In this document: positions 40,223 through 48,995 of the stretch, piece after piece
Layout of the letters: every line of letters begins with the position of its first letter
Position numbering within the stretch: position 1 is the stretch's first letter
Source: an uncultured Bacteroides sp.
GTDB lineage: Bacteria; Bacteroidota; Bacteroidia; Bacteroidales; SM23-62
Direction: 5' to 3'
DNA: 64,000 bases
Assembly (NCBI GenBank): GCA_964431315.1
Contig: CAYSJH010000006.1
Span: 3,204-67,203 of the forward strand
The notes under the pieces: generated by a model
Told to the model about the DNA's origin: nothing
Database searches by the model: none
What the model saw: only the letters and a program-made list of their open reading frames with translations
Made by a program: the position numbers and the translations under genes

Positions 40223-42058
40223 TTATTCCACAGTAACGGATTTGGCCAGGTTGCGCGGCTGGTCAACATCACAACCACGCATCACCGCAATATGATAGGA
40301 AAGCAGCTGGAGGGGAACCACCGCCAGCAGAGCCGAGATCCTTTCATCCGCATTCGGGATCTCAAGCACATGGTCGGCCATCTCCGTGATGATCTTATCC
40401 CCTTCCGAAACGATGGCGATCACGATTCCGTTACGGGCCTTGACTTCCTGTATGTTGCTGACGATTTTATCGTAGGACTTGTCCTTGGCCGCAATGACAA
40501 CAACCGGCATATTCCGGTCGATCAGGGCAATGGGACCGTGCTTCATTTCCGCCGCCGGATACCCTTCGGCATGGATGTAGGAGATCTCCTTAAGCTTGAG
40601 CGCCCCTTCCAGTGCAACCGGGAAAAAATATCCCCGTCCCAGGTAGAGGAAATTATTGGCCTTCATGTATAATTTGGCGATCTCCCGGTATTTGTCATTG
40701 AAGGTAAGCAGGTATTCCAGTTTTGCGGGGATCTGGTTCAGTTCGTTGATCAGGTTATAGTATTCTTCCTCCGGAAGGACACCTTTTTTCCGGCCGATCA
40801 GGATGGCCATCATGGCCAGGACCGTCACCTGTGCCGTAAAGGCTTTCGTTGATGCCACCCCGATTTCGGGACCGGCATGGGTATAAACCCCGGCATCCGT
40901 CTCCCTCGGGATGCTTGATCCCACGACGTTGCATATCCCCAGCACCAGGGCACCTGCCTCCTTGGCAAGATGTATGGCGGCCAGGGTGTCGGCGGTTTCC
41001 CCGCTCTGGCTGATAGCAATGACCACATCCTCTTTACTGATGAGCGGATTCCTGTAACGGAATTCACTTGCATATTCCACTTCCACCCGAAGCCTTGCCA
41101 GATCCTCAAACAGGTATTCGCCCACCAATCCCGCGTGCCAGGAAGTCCCACATCCGATAATGATGATCCGTTTGGCCTCGATGAGCCGCGGCATCACATG
41201 GAAAAGGCCTCCAAGGCGAAGGTCCTTTAAAGTGGGACTGATCCTTCCGCGGAAGGTATCCTGGATGGATCTTGGCTGCTCGAATATTTCCTTGAGCATG
41301 AAATGGGCAAATCCGTTCTTCTCAATGGCCCCGATATTCAGGTCCAGTTTGTGTACCTTGGGAACCAGAGTGTCATTCGATACGGTCTTCAGGATCAGTT
41401 CATCCTTTTTGATGATCGCCACATCCTCATTGTTAAGATAGATGACGCTCTTGGTATACTCCACGATGGGCGTCGCATCCGAAGCCAGGAAGTATTCGTT
41501 TTCCCCGATGCCGATGACCAGGGGACTCCCTTTCCTGGCGGCAATCAGCTTGTCGGGTTCGTCTCGGCAGAGGATTACAAGTCCATACGCCCCGACCACT
41601 TTGGTCAGTGCAAGCCGTACGGCTATTTCTGCCGTGACCTTGCCCTTGAGGTAAATGTACTCAATGAGGTTGGCCAGAACCTCCGTGTCGGTCTCGCTGG
41701 TAAATTGATAACCCCGGTCCAGCAATTTGCCTTTCAGGATGGAATAATTCTCAATGATGCCGTTGTGGATGATCACGAAGTGGCCGTTCTGCGAGGCATG
41801 GGGATGTGCATTGATATCGCTTGGTCCCCCGTGCGTGGCCCATCGTGTATGGCCGATGCCGATCGTACCCGATACATCTTTATCCGAAGTAAAGGCCTCC
41901 AGGTCCGATACCTTGCCCTGTTTTTTATACACGCTGATGCCTTCATTCAGGATGGAGATCCCTGCAGAGTCGTAGCCCCTGTATTCCAGCCTTTTCAAGC
42001 CGTTAATAAGGATGGGGTAGACATTTTTGTCACCGATGTATCCAATGATTCCACACAT
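40223..42058 (-). CDS. glmS: Glutamine--fructose-6-phosphate aminotransferase
   Basis: 611 aa. MCGIIGY (Cys2 nucleophile), two SIS domains, and C-terminal NLAKSVTVE. The ATG overlaps the upstream stop (TAATG). Confidence 0.95.
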   Translation of the reverse strand: MCGIIGYIGDKNVYPILINGLKRLEYRGYDSAGISILNEGISVYKKQGKVSDLEAFTSDKDVSGTIGIGHTRWATHGGPSDINAHPHASQNGHFVIIHNGIIENYSILKGKLLDRGYQFTSETDTEVLANLIEYIYLKGKVTAEIAVRLALTKVVGAYGLVILCRDEPDKLIAARKGSPLVIGIGENEYFLASDATPIVEYTKSVIYLNNEDVAIIKKDELILKTVSNDTLVPKVHKLDLNIGAIEKNGFAHFMLKEIFEQPRSIQDTFRGRISPTLKDLRLGGLFHVMPRLIEAKRIIIIGCGTSWHAGLVGEYLFEDLARLRVEVEYASEFRYRNPLISKEDVVIAISQSGETADTLAAIHLAKEAGALVLGICNVVGSSIPRETDAGVYTHAGPEIGVASTKAFTAQVTVLAMMAILIGRKKGVLPEEEYYNLINELNQIPAKLEYLLTFNDKYREIAKLYMKANNFLYLGRGYFFPVALEGALKLKEISYIHAEGYPAAEMKHGPIALIDRNMPVVVIAAKDKSYDKIVSNIQEVKARNGIVIAIVSEGDKIITEMADHVLEIPNADERISALLAVVPLQLLSYHIAVMRGCDVDQPRNLAKSVTVE

Positions 42059-43344
42059 TATAATAAGGTATACGTGATTTCCAGTCGAACGCTTTTCCTG
42101 TAATCCCTTGGATTCCAGCCATAAATAGCTGCCCGGCGGACTGATTCGGCAATATTGCCCGTGGTCAGCAACATTTCAAGATTATCCAGATCTCCGGCCA
42201 GCAGGCTTTGAAGATGGACCTTAATCGTGAACGAATAGGTCTGCGTAGTTTCGTTATAAACCCCGTCGAAACTTGTGGCATCCAGAAGATTATCATAGAT
42301 CCTTGATATGGTTCCGTTCTTATTCACCAGGTAAAGGCCGAGCGATTCCGGGAAATTTTTCTTATGCTGCAGGGTATAGACTGTATCGGCCATGGTAAAG
42401 ATAAGCCTGGCCTCATTGATGGCTACGGGCATCGAATCCATCCAGTGTTCCAGCTGTGGGAACCGGATTCGTGAATTGACCCCCGCCATGGATTGTACAA
42501 ACAGAATGGAATCGTTATCCGAACCATTCTGCAGGTATTCCTCCAGGGGATAACCGGCCGGATCGTGACGGAAAATGTTGACCCGCCCGTTGTAACCGTT
42601 GGCCAGCGAATAATACTGACTGAGCGATACGGCTGTATCATTGGAGTAGTAAAAATACAGGCCGTTGCCCGGATCATCAAAATTAATATGCACAATATCG
42701 CCTTCATCGACCGCATTACTGGTTGTCAAATAAAGGCCGTACATCATCTCCTGGAGGTGGTTCGAATTCCAAAGGATCGAATCCTCTGCCGTGAGGAATT
42801 TGTCGATAAACACCTGGTTCGTGATGAAAATCTTTACCATGGTATCATTGAGCGGTAAAAGGACCGAACCGAGTTCGGGTTCCCTGTATTTACCGGTCAT
42901 GTCCATATTTGTATAATAGGTGGAATCGTATCGGAGCAGTTCATTAAACTCATACAGGTTCAGTTGCAATGGGATCCTGCCGTCTCCTGAGCGTTCCGAC
43001 CATGAAACGAACAGGATCACTGAATCAGCGATTGCATGGGGACCAAACCCCTTGCTGGTGGCCGAACTGGAGATCGTGGTCAGGATCTCGGCCTTACTGT
43101 GCCCGAAGAACGGGTCAATTATGCTTCCCAGCAGTTGAGATACCTTGGAGCTTGCACGGATCGAATCGGCATACCTGGTGTACCCGTAAACCGCCTCTAC
43201 AGAATCAAACGAAACGGTGAAATTATCCCCGCTCGGAAGTAGTTCACGGCCGATAAAATCCGGTTTATTGTCGCAGGAAACTAACAGGGTTAACAACAGG
43301 ATCGATGCAAAAATATAACGGGTGGGTCGAATCTCAGTCCTCAT
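42058..43344 (-). CDS. DUF4270-like lipoprotein of unknown function
   Basis: 428 aa. Signal plus lipobox LLLTLLVSCDNKPD. Conserved Bacteroidota position between the short glycogen-synthase-like gene and glmS (from memory). Confidence 0.65.
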   Translation of the reverse strand: MRTEIRPTRYIFASILLLTLLVSCDNKPDFIGRELLPSGDNFTVSFDSVEAVYGYTRYADSIRASSKVSQLLGSIIDPFFGHSKAEILTTISSSATSKGFGPHAIADSVILFVSWSERSGDGRIPLQLNLYEFNELLRYDSTYYTNMDMTGKYREPELGSVLLPLNDTMVKIFITNQVFIDKFLTAEDSILWNSNHLQEMMYGLYLTTSNAVDEGDIVHINFDDPGNGLYFYYSNDTAVSLSQYYSLANGYNGRVNIFRHDPAGYPLEEYLQNGSDNDSILFVQSMAGVNSRIRFPQLEHWMDSMPVAINEARLIFTMADTVYTLQHKKNFPESLGLYLVNKNGTISRIYDNLLDATSFDGVYNETTQTYSFTIKVHLQSLLAGDLDNLEMLLTTGNIAESVRRAAIYGWNPRDYRKSVRLEITYTLL

Positions 43345-44158
43345 TCATCTTGTTCCTTAATATTTCATCATAGAAATCCGAATAGGCTTCTATGTACTCA
43401 TCCTCTGCCTTGTACTCAAGAACGGGCTTCTTAATGGTTTTGATATATTTCTGAACAGATTTATTGATCTCTTTACTTCCGATTATGGCAGCATCCGACA
43501 TTTCAAGTGCCAGTCTGGTCAGATTTTCAAAATTTGGCTGGGACAATATTTCCACATCCTCATCCTCGATTCCGTCCATCAACAGTTTCTTTCTGAATTC
43601 TTTTCGCAGTGGCTTGTTGAAATCATCGTTGTAAACCGAGTAAATGATCCTGGACTTATTGTAAAGCGGATCATCTATGAAAGTACGTTTCAGATAAAGC
43701 GGGATGAGCGCCGTTATCCATCCGTGACAATGTACGATATCGGGCGACCAGCGGAGCTTTCTGACGGTTTCAAGCACCCCCCTGGCAAAGAAGATGACCC
43801 GTTCATCGTTGTCTTCAAAAAACTCGCCCTTATCGTTCTTCAACACAAACTTACGGTGAAAGTAATCCTCGTTGTCAATGAAATACACCTGCATCCTGGC
43901 GGATTGAATGGAAGCGACCTTAATGATCAGGGGATGGTCGGTGTCATCAATGATCAGGTTCATCCCGGAAAGCCGTATCACCTCATGAAGCTGGTTCCTG
44001 CGTTCATTGATTGAACCGTACTTTGGCATGAAGGTTCGGATCTCACGGCCCCTCTCCTGGATCCCCTGTGGAAGGTAACGCCCGATCTTTGACATTTCGG
44101 TTTCGGGAAGGTAAGGAGTGATTTCCTGCGAGATGAACAAAATTTTGGCCTGCTTCAT
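43334..44158 (-). CDS. Short glycogen/starch-synthase-like protein (GT5 N-terminal domain only)
   Basis: KILFISQEITPYLPETEMSKIGRYLP...HCHGWITALIP resembles the GlgA N-domain but has no C-terminal half. I prefer ATG 44158 because the candidate -7 box (44181-44188) lies only 1 nt upstream of the alternative ATG 44179, so the expected TSS would fall downstream of it. Confidence 0.7.
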   Translation of the reverse strand: MKQAKILFISQEITPYLPETEMSKIGRYLPQGIQERGREIRTFMPKYGSINERRNQLHEVIRLSGMNLIIDDTDHPLIIKVASIQSARMQVYFIDNEDYFHRKFVLKNDKGEFFEDNDERVIFFARGVLETVRKLRWSPDIVHCHGWITALIPLYLKRTFIDDPLYNKSRIIYSVYNDDFNKPLRKEFRKKLLMDGIEDEDVEILSQPNFENLTRLALEMSDAAIIGSKEINKSVQKYIKTIKKPVLEYKAEDEYIEAYSDFYDEILRNKMNED

Positions 44159-44180
44159 AACTCGTTCGAAAAATGCCATG

Positions 44181-44188
44181 CAAAATTA
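44181..44188 (-). promoter_or_regulatory. -7 box-like motif TAATTTTG for the glgA-like/DUF4270/glmS unit
   Basis: Exact TAnnTTTG match on the minus strand, 22 nt upstream of ATG 44158. Confidence 0.4.
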
Positions 44189-44258
44189 CGAAAATTTCTT
44201 TATTTCTGGTACTTACAAACACCTTATTCACAGTGGAGGCTCTCTGGACCAATCTCCC

Positions 44259-44266
44259 TATATTTG
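44259..44266 (+). promoter_or_regulatory. -7 box-like motif TATATTTG upstream of panC
   Basis: Exact TAnnTTTG match 17 nt upstream of the panC TTG start. Confidence 0.4.
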
Positions 44267-44283
44267 TATGAAACAATCCGCCC

Positions 44284-45129
44284 TTGGAACTTACAAGAAC
44301 CATTCCTGAGATCCGTCCGGTGATTGAGCGCTGGAAAAGGGGGACCGGATCAATGGGATTTGTCCCCACCATGGGGTCCCTGCATAAAGGCCATATCTCT
44401 CTGATTAAGAGATCAATCGAAGAAAACAGTCATACCGTTGTCAGCATATTTGTAAATCCCACACAGTTCAATGACAAGAAGGATTTTAAGTCCTACCCCA
44501 GGAATCTGGCGGAGGATCTCGAATTCCTTGAGCCCTGGCCGGTCGATCTGATTTTTGCTCCCGGTGAACAGGAAATCTATCCGGAACCGGATAAGCGGGT
44601 TTTTGATTTCGGGGAACTGGACCGCATCATGGAAGGAAAATACCGCTCCGGGCACTTCAACGGCGTGGCACAGGTGGTCAGCAGGCTTTTCAGCATCATC
44701 GAACCCGACGTTGCCTATTTCGGGGAAAAGGACTTTCAGCAGCTGGCAATAATCCGAAGGATGGTATCCCGGCTGAAACTGGAAGTCCGTATAACGGGAT
44801 GTCCCATCATCAGGGAACCCGACGGACTGGCGACGAGCTCCAGGAACAGGCTCCTCTCGTCCGGGCAGCGGAGTTCGGCGGTCCGGATCCATCAGGCGCT
44901 TACCAGGGCGAAGGAAAAAGCCGGAATCGTTCCCTTAAAAGCCCTGATTAAGGAAACCATTGAATTTATTGAGGTGGATCCGAACCTCAGGGTCGAATAC
45001 TTTGAGATCGTCGATGATAAAAACCTTGAGCCGGTCCGCGGCTGGAGTGATCCGGGCGGAAAAAGGGGCTGCCTGGCTGTATATGACGGCAAGGTCCGCC
45101 TGATAGATAATATGGATTTTTCTTTATAA
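44284..45129 (+). CDS. panC: Pantoate--beta-alanine ligase
   Basis: 281 aa. GFVPTMGSLHKGH (HxGH). TTG start is needed to keep the conserved ~23-aa N-terminal helix. Confidence 0.9.
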   Translation: MELTRTIPEIRPVIERWKRGTGSMGFVPTMGSLHKGHISLIKRSIEENSHTVVSIFVNPTQFNDKKDFKSYPRNLAEDLEFLEPWPVDLIFAPGEQEIYPEPDKRVFDFGELDRIMEGKYRSGHFNGVAQVVSRLFSIIEPDVAYFGEKDFQQLAIIRRMVSRLKLEVRITGCPIIREPDGLATSSRNRLLSSGQRSSAVRIHQALTRAKEKAGIVPLKALIKETIEFIEVDPNLRVEYFEIVDDKNLEPVRGWSDPGGKRGCLAVYDGKVRLIDNMDFSL

Positions 45130-45135
45130 CTTTGC

Positions 45136-45495
45136 ATGGCTATGAACATCGAGGTTTTAAAATCCAAGATCCATATGGTTACCGTAACGGAGGCAAACCT
45201 CCATTACATCGGCAGCATCACCATTGATGAAGACCTTATGGACGCAGCCAACATCATTGCCGGGGAGAAGGTCCAGATTGTAAACATCAACAATGGTGAA
45301 CGGCTCGAAACCTATGTGATCACGGGGGAACGAGGTTCAGGGTCCATAATCATGAACGGTCCGGCGGCAAGAAAGGTTGCGGTCGGGGATGTCATCATCA
45401 TCATTGCTTACGCATCCATGGATTTTAAAGAGGCCAGGTCCTTTAAACCAACCATTATTTTCCCGGACACCGCCACCAATAAACCCGTCAATTAA
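45136..45495 (+). CDS. panD: Aspartate 1-decarboxylase
   Basis: 119 aa. [24 protein letters not shown], which contains the self-processing Gly-Ser. Confidence 0.93.
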   Translation: MAMNIEVLKSKIHMVTVTEANLHYIGSITIDEDLMDAANIIAGEKVQIVNINNGERLETYVITGERGSGSIIMNGPAARKVAVGDVIIIIAYASMDFKEARSFKPTIIFPDTATNKPVN

Positions 45496-45503
45496 GCCTT
45501 CCT

Positions 45504-46538
45504 TTGAGAAAAAAAATTTTCAAAGCCCTGCGTTTTTTCCTTTTCCTGTCCATTGCCGGAATTCTGCTGTACTTTGCCTTCAGGGGAGTTGATTTCGAGG
45601 AACTCTGGAACAGCTTTGTGAATGCGAAGTACTGGTATATCCTGGTTTACCTGATCTTTGGACTCCTTTCACTCCTGAGCCGGGCATACCGCTGGAACCT
45701 CCTGGTCGAAACCCTCGGTTATAAAGCCTCCTTCATGAACAGTTTTTATTCGCTAAATACAGGCTACATGGCCAATTACGCATTCCCCAGGCTGGGTGAG
45801 ATCACGCGCTGCGCCTCTCTTTCGAAGGCCGAAAAAATCCCGGTGGACAAGCTTTTCGGGACGGTAATCGTCGAACGTGTAATCGACCTGTTGATGGTAA
45901 CCATCCTGACCTTCCTGCTGATTGTATTCCGGTTTGATTTTTTCGGTACCTGGCTTCATGAAAACATTTTCGTCCCCCTCCTGAGCAAGCTGAACCAGTC
46001 CATCGGGGGAATCTGGATATTGCTGGCCACACTTCTCGGGATCCCGCTTGCCTTCGTGGTTTTTTATTACCTGTTCCGTAAAAGGCTCAACGGGGTGAAT
46101 TTCATACAGAAGATCAAGTCTTTTGTAAAGGGAATTATCGACGGACTCAAAACCTTCTACAAACTTAAGCGGCGCTGGTTGTTCCTGTTGCATACCGTAC
46201 TCATATGGCTGTTCTACTGGGCTATGACCTACGCTGCCGTATTTGCCCTGCCGGAGACTTCTGTCCTGAAACCCATCGACGGACTTTTCCTTCTGATCGT
46301 GGGATCCTTCGGGTTCATCATACCGGTACAGGGCGGCATCGGCGCTTATCACCTGATCACGACCCTTGGACTCACCCTTTATCACATTCCCAGGGAAGCG
46401 GGACTCACCTATGCCACCATCACCCACGGGGCACAGATGATCATGCTCATTGTCCTCGGGGCCCTTTCCTTTATGATCCTTTTTTCTTTCCAGCGCAGAT
46501 CCAGGCGGGAAGAGGCATTATTAAACTCCCGGACATAG
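45504..46538 (+). CDS. UPF0104 / lysylphosphatidylglycerol-synthase-TM-region (flippase-like) membrane protein
   Basis: 344 aa with about 8 predicted TM helices. YRWNLL...FPRLGEITRC is typical of the family. TTG start. Confidence 0.7.
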   Translation: MRKKIFKALRFFLFLSIAGILLYFAFRGVDFEELWNSFVNAKYWYILVYLIFGLLSLLSRAYRWNLLVETLGYKASFMNSFYSLNTGYMANYAFPRLGEITRCASLSKAEKIPVDKLFGTVIVERVIDLLMVTILTFLLIVFRFDFFGTWLHENIFVPLLSKLNQSIGGIWILLATLLGIPLAFVVFYYLFRKRLNGVNFIQKIKSFVKGIIDGLKTFYKLKRRWLFLLHTVLIWLFYWAMTYAAVFALPETSVLKPIDGLFLLIVGSFGFIIPVQGGIGAYHLITTLGLTLYHIPREAGLTYATITHGAQMIMLIVLGALSFMILFSFQRRSRREEALLNSRT

Positions 46539-46610
46539 AATGAAACCGCCTGATTCAAAAAACTTTACCATCTCCCGCCTTCCTGGCAGGTAAATGATTG
46601 CGGTCAGCAT

Positions 46611-47114
46611 ATGGAAGCCTTAAAAAATATACGGTCCAAAATACTTGAAAGGGACGGCCTCGGAAAAATCCTGGCGCAGGTGAGAAAAGCAGGGAAAAAA
46701 GTGATCTTCACCAACGGGTGTTTTGATATCCTGCACAGGGGACACATCGAATACCTCTCCAACGCATCCGGCCTGGGCGATGTGTTCGTGATCGGCCTGA
46801 ATTCGGATGCCTCGGTCAGAAGGCTGAAGGGGCAGAACAGGCCCGCGGTCGATGAAGATTCCCGGGCCCTGACCCTGGCAGCTTTCGAATTTGTGAACTT
46901 TGTCGTGCTTTTCAGCGAGGACACCCCCTGTGAATTAATGCAGGCCCTGCAGCCGGATGTCTGGGTAAAGGGAGGGGATTACAGCCATGTTGAAGAACTA
47001 CCCGAATACAAGGTGATGATGGAAATTGGTGGGGAAGTTATTATCTTGCCTTTTGTGGAAGGCTATTCCACCACCGACATCTACAATAAAATCCTTGGAT
47101 CTGCAAAAAGCTAA
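46611..47114 (+). CDS. rfaE2: D-glycero-beta-D-manno-heptose 1-phosphate adenylyltransferase (RfaE domain II-like cytidylyltransferase)
   Basis: 167 aa. KKVIFTNGCFDILHRGHIEYL (HxGH). Confidence 0.85.
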   Translation: MEALKNIRSKILERDGLGKILAQVRKAGKKVIFTNGCFDILHRGHIEYLSNASGLGDVFVIGLNSDASVRRLKGQNRPAVDEDSRALTLAAFEFVNFVVLFSEDTPCELMQALQPDVWVKGGDYSHVEELPEYKVMMEIGGEVIILPFVEGYSTTDIYNKILGSAKS

Positions 47115-48465
47115 GCCAAAGACGGAATTTGTCTGCCAGCAATGCGGGGCCAGATCAAGCAAATGGATCGGCCGCTGTCCCTCCTGCGGGGAATGGAATA
47201 CCTATACGGAAGAGATCATTCCTGTAACCGGTACACGATCTCCGCAGTCGCGCCCCGGGGGAACTTCCCTTCAGCCGCTTTCCGAAGTGAAATCGACACG
47301 CCGGGAAAGGCTCAGGACCGGTTTGTCCGAATTTGACAGGTTGCTGGGCGGGGGACTGGTAGCCGGATCCATGGTCCTCATCGGCGGGGAACCCGGCATT
47401 GGTAAATCCACCCTGGCCCTGCAGATCGCCCTGCTGCTCAGGGATCAGAAGATCCTGTACCTGTCGGGTGAAGAGAGCGCCGAACAGATACGGATCCGGG
47501 CCGAGCGCATCGGCAGTGTGCATGAAAATTGCCTGGTCCTGAACGAAACCTGGCTTGAAAACATCCTCGCCCACCTGGAGCATGCAAGTCCCGACCTTCT
47601 GATCATCGATTCGATCCAGACCCTATATACCGGGCAACTGGAATCCTCACCCGGAACCGTTTCCCAGATCCGGGAATGCGCCGCCCGCATCCTGCAGCAT
47701 ACGCGGGACCGCGGCATACCGGTAATCCTGATCGGGCATATCAACAAGGAAGGTCAGCTTGCCGGTCCCAAGGTACTGGAACACATCGTCGATGTCGTAC
47801 TGCAGTTCGAAGGCGACAGGAACTATGCCTACCGGATCCTTCGGTCCTCGAAAAACCGGTTCGGGGCTACTTCTGAACTCGGTATTTTTGAAATGACCGA
47901 AAAAGGGCTGATAGAGATCAGCAATCCATCTGAAATCCTGCTCTCCCACGGAGATGAGAATATGAGCGGGATATCGATTGCCGCAACAATAAACGGGAAC
48001 AGGCCTTTCCTGATCGAGGTGCAGTCCCTTGTCAGCTCGGCCGTCTACGGAACCCCCCAGCGTTCGTGCACCGGTTTCGACATCCGGCGCCTGAATATGC
48101 TCCTGGCTGTCCTGGAGAAAAGAGCGGGATTCAACCTCGGCACAAAAGACGTCTTTCTGAATATTGCCGGGGGGATTAAGGTTGAGGATCCGGCTGCCGA
48201 CCTGGCAGTCACCGTGGCGGTGCTTTCTTCAAGCGTTGATATCCCGGTTGACAAAACCTGTTGTTTTGCGGCCGAAATAGGCCTCTCGGGAGAAGTCAGG
48301 CCGGTAAGCAGGATCGGGCAAAGGATCTCGGAAGCAGAAAAACTTGGTTTCAGCCAGATTTTTATCTCCAAATACAATAAAAAGGGACTTGATCAATCCG
48401 GTCACAGGATCGGTATCAAATTTGTGAGTAAGGTTGAAGAGGTCTATAAGCAGTTGTTCGGATAA
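47095..48465 (+). CDS. radA: DNA repair protein RadA
   Basis: Zn ribbon CQQCGARSSKWIGRCPSCGEWNT, Walker A GGEPGIGKST, KNRFG motif, and a Lon-like C-domain. TTG at 47095 gives (M)DLQKAKPKTEFVC. The ORF-track start at 47026 lies deep inside rfaE2. Confidence 0.88.
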   Translation: MDLQKAKPKTEFVCQQCGARSSKWIGRCPSCGEWNTYTEEIIPVTGTRSPQSRPGGTSLQPLSEVKSTRRERLRTGLSEFDRLLGGGLVAGSMVLIGGEPGIGKSTLALQIALLLRDQKILYLSGEESAEQIRIRAERIGSVHENCLVLNETWLENILAHLEHASPDLLIIDSIQTLYTGQLESSPGTVSQIRECAARILQHTRDRGIPVILIGHINKEGQLAGPKVLEHIVDVVLQFEGDRNYAYRILRSSKNRFGATSELGIFEMTEKGLIEISNPSEILLSHGDENMSGISIAATINGNRPFLIEVQSLVSSAVYGTPQRSCTGFDIRRLNMLLAVLEKRAGFNLGTKDVFLNIAGGIKVEDPAADLAVTVAVLSSSVDIPVDKTCCFAAEIGLSGEVRPVSRIGQRISEAEKLGFSQIFISKYNKKGLDQSGHRIGIKFVSKVEEVYKQLFG

Positions 48466-48495
48466 TTTTCCTAAATTTCACATCGTTTTTCCTTA

Positions 48496-48966
48496 ATGGC
48501 TGTTGAACCTTTAAACATACTTTTTCGAGAAGATTATCAACCTTCCTCCAGGCCCTACGAGATCAAAGTACCGGAGATCCAGAGCGGGGACACGTATTAT
48601 TTTACCACGGACAGCGGCCTGATATACCAGGTGAGGTTCGGCAAGAAGAGGGACAATTACCTGGGGAACATCGTAAATTTCAGCGTGCTAAGTGATGAAT
48701 TCGAAGATGAGTACTCTGAAACCAACCGGGGAGAAGTATACCGAATCATTGCCACGGTTATTGAGATCATCCGTATTTACCACGAGAACCATGAGCATTC
48801 CGATACCTACGAATTCACAGGGGAATTCAAGGACGAACATGAGTCCCAGGCCGCATCCATCCGATCCAGGTTATATTACCGTTACGCCCAGCGGATCCTG
48901 AGCGACAGATGGAAGCCCAGCCTTGAGGAGAACAAGGTGATCATCCAAAAAATCAGGTCCGGCTGA
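48496..48966 (+). CDS. Hypothetical cytoplasmic acidic protein
   Basis: 156-aa ORF with an ATG start, no signal peptide and no motif I recognise. Fits the gap between radA and the ABC ATPase exactly. Confidence 0.55.
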   Translation: MAVEPLNILFREDYQPSSRPYEIKVPEIQSGDTYYFTTDSGLIYQVRFGKKRDNYLGNIVNFSVLSDEFEDEYSETNRGEVYRIIATVIEIIRIYHENHEHSDTYEFTGEFKDEHESQAASIRSRLYYRYAQRILSDRWKPSLEENKVIIQKIRSG

Positions 48967-48995
48967 CGCTGGTCCAGGTACTTTATCCTTTTACC

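Noticed and set aside
42040-42120. Possible glmS ribozyme or leader upstream of glmS.
   Set aside because: The glmS ATG overlaps the stop of the upstream DUF4270 gene (TAATG), so there is no untranslated leader to hold a ribozyme.
42759-42770. GGTTCGAATTCC, resembling a tRNA T-arm.
   Set aside because: It lies inside the DUF4270 coding region and is not surrounded by acceptor, D or anticodon stems. No intergenic region in the window has tRNA-like structure.
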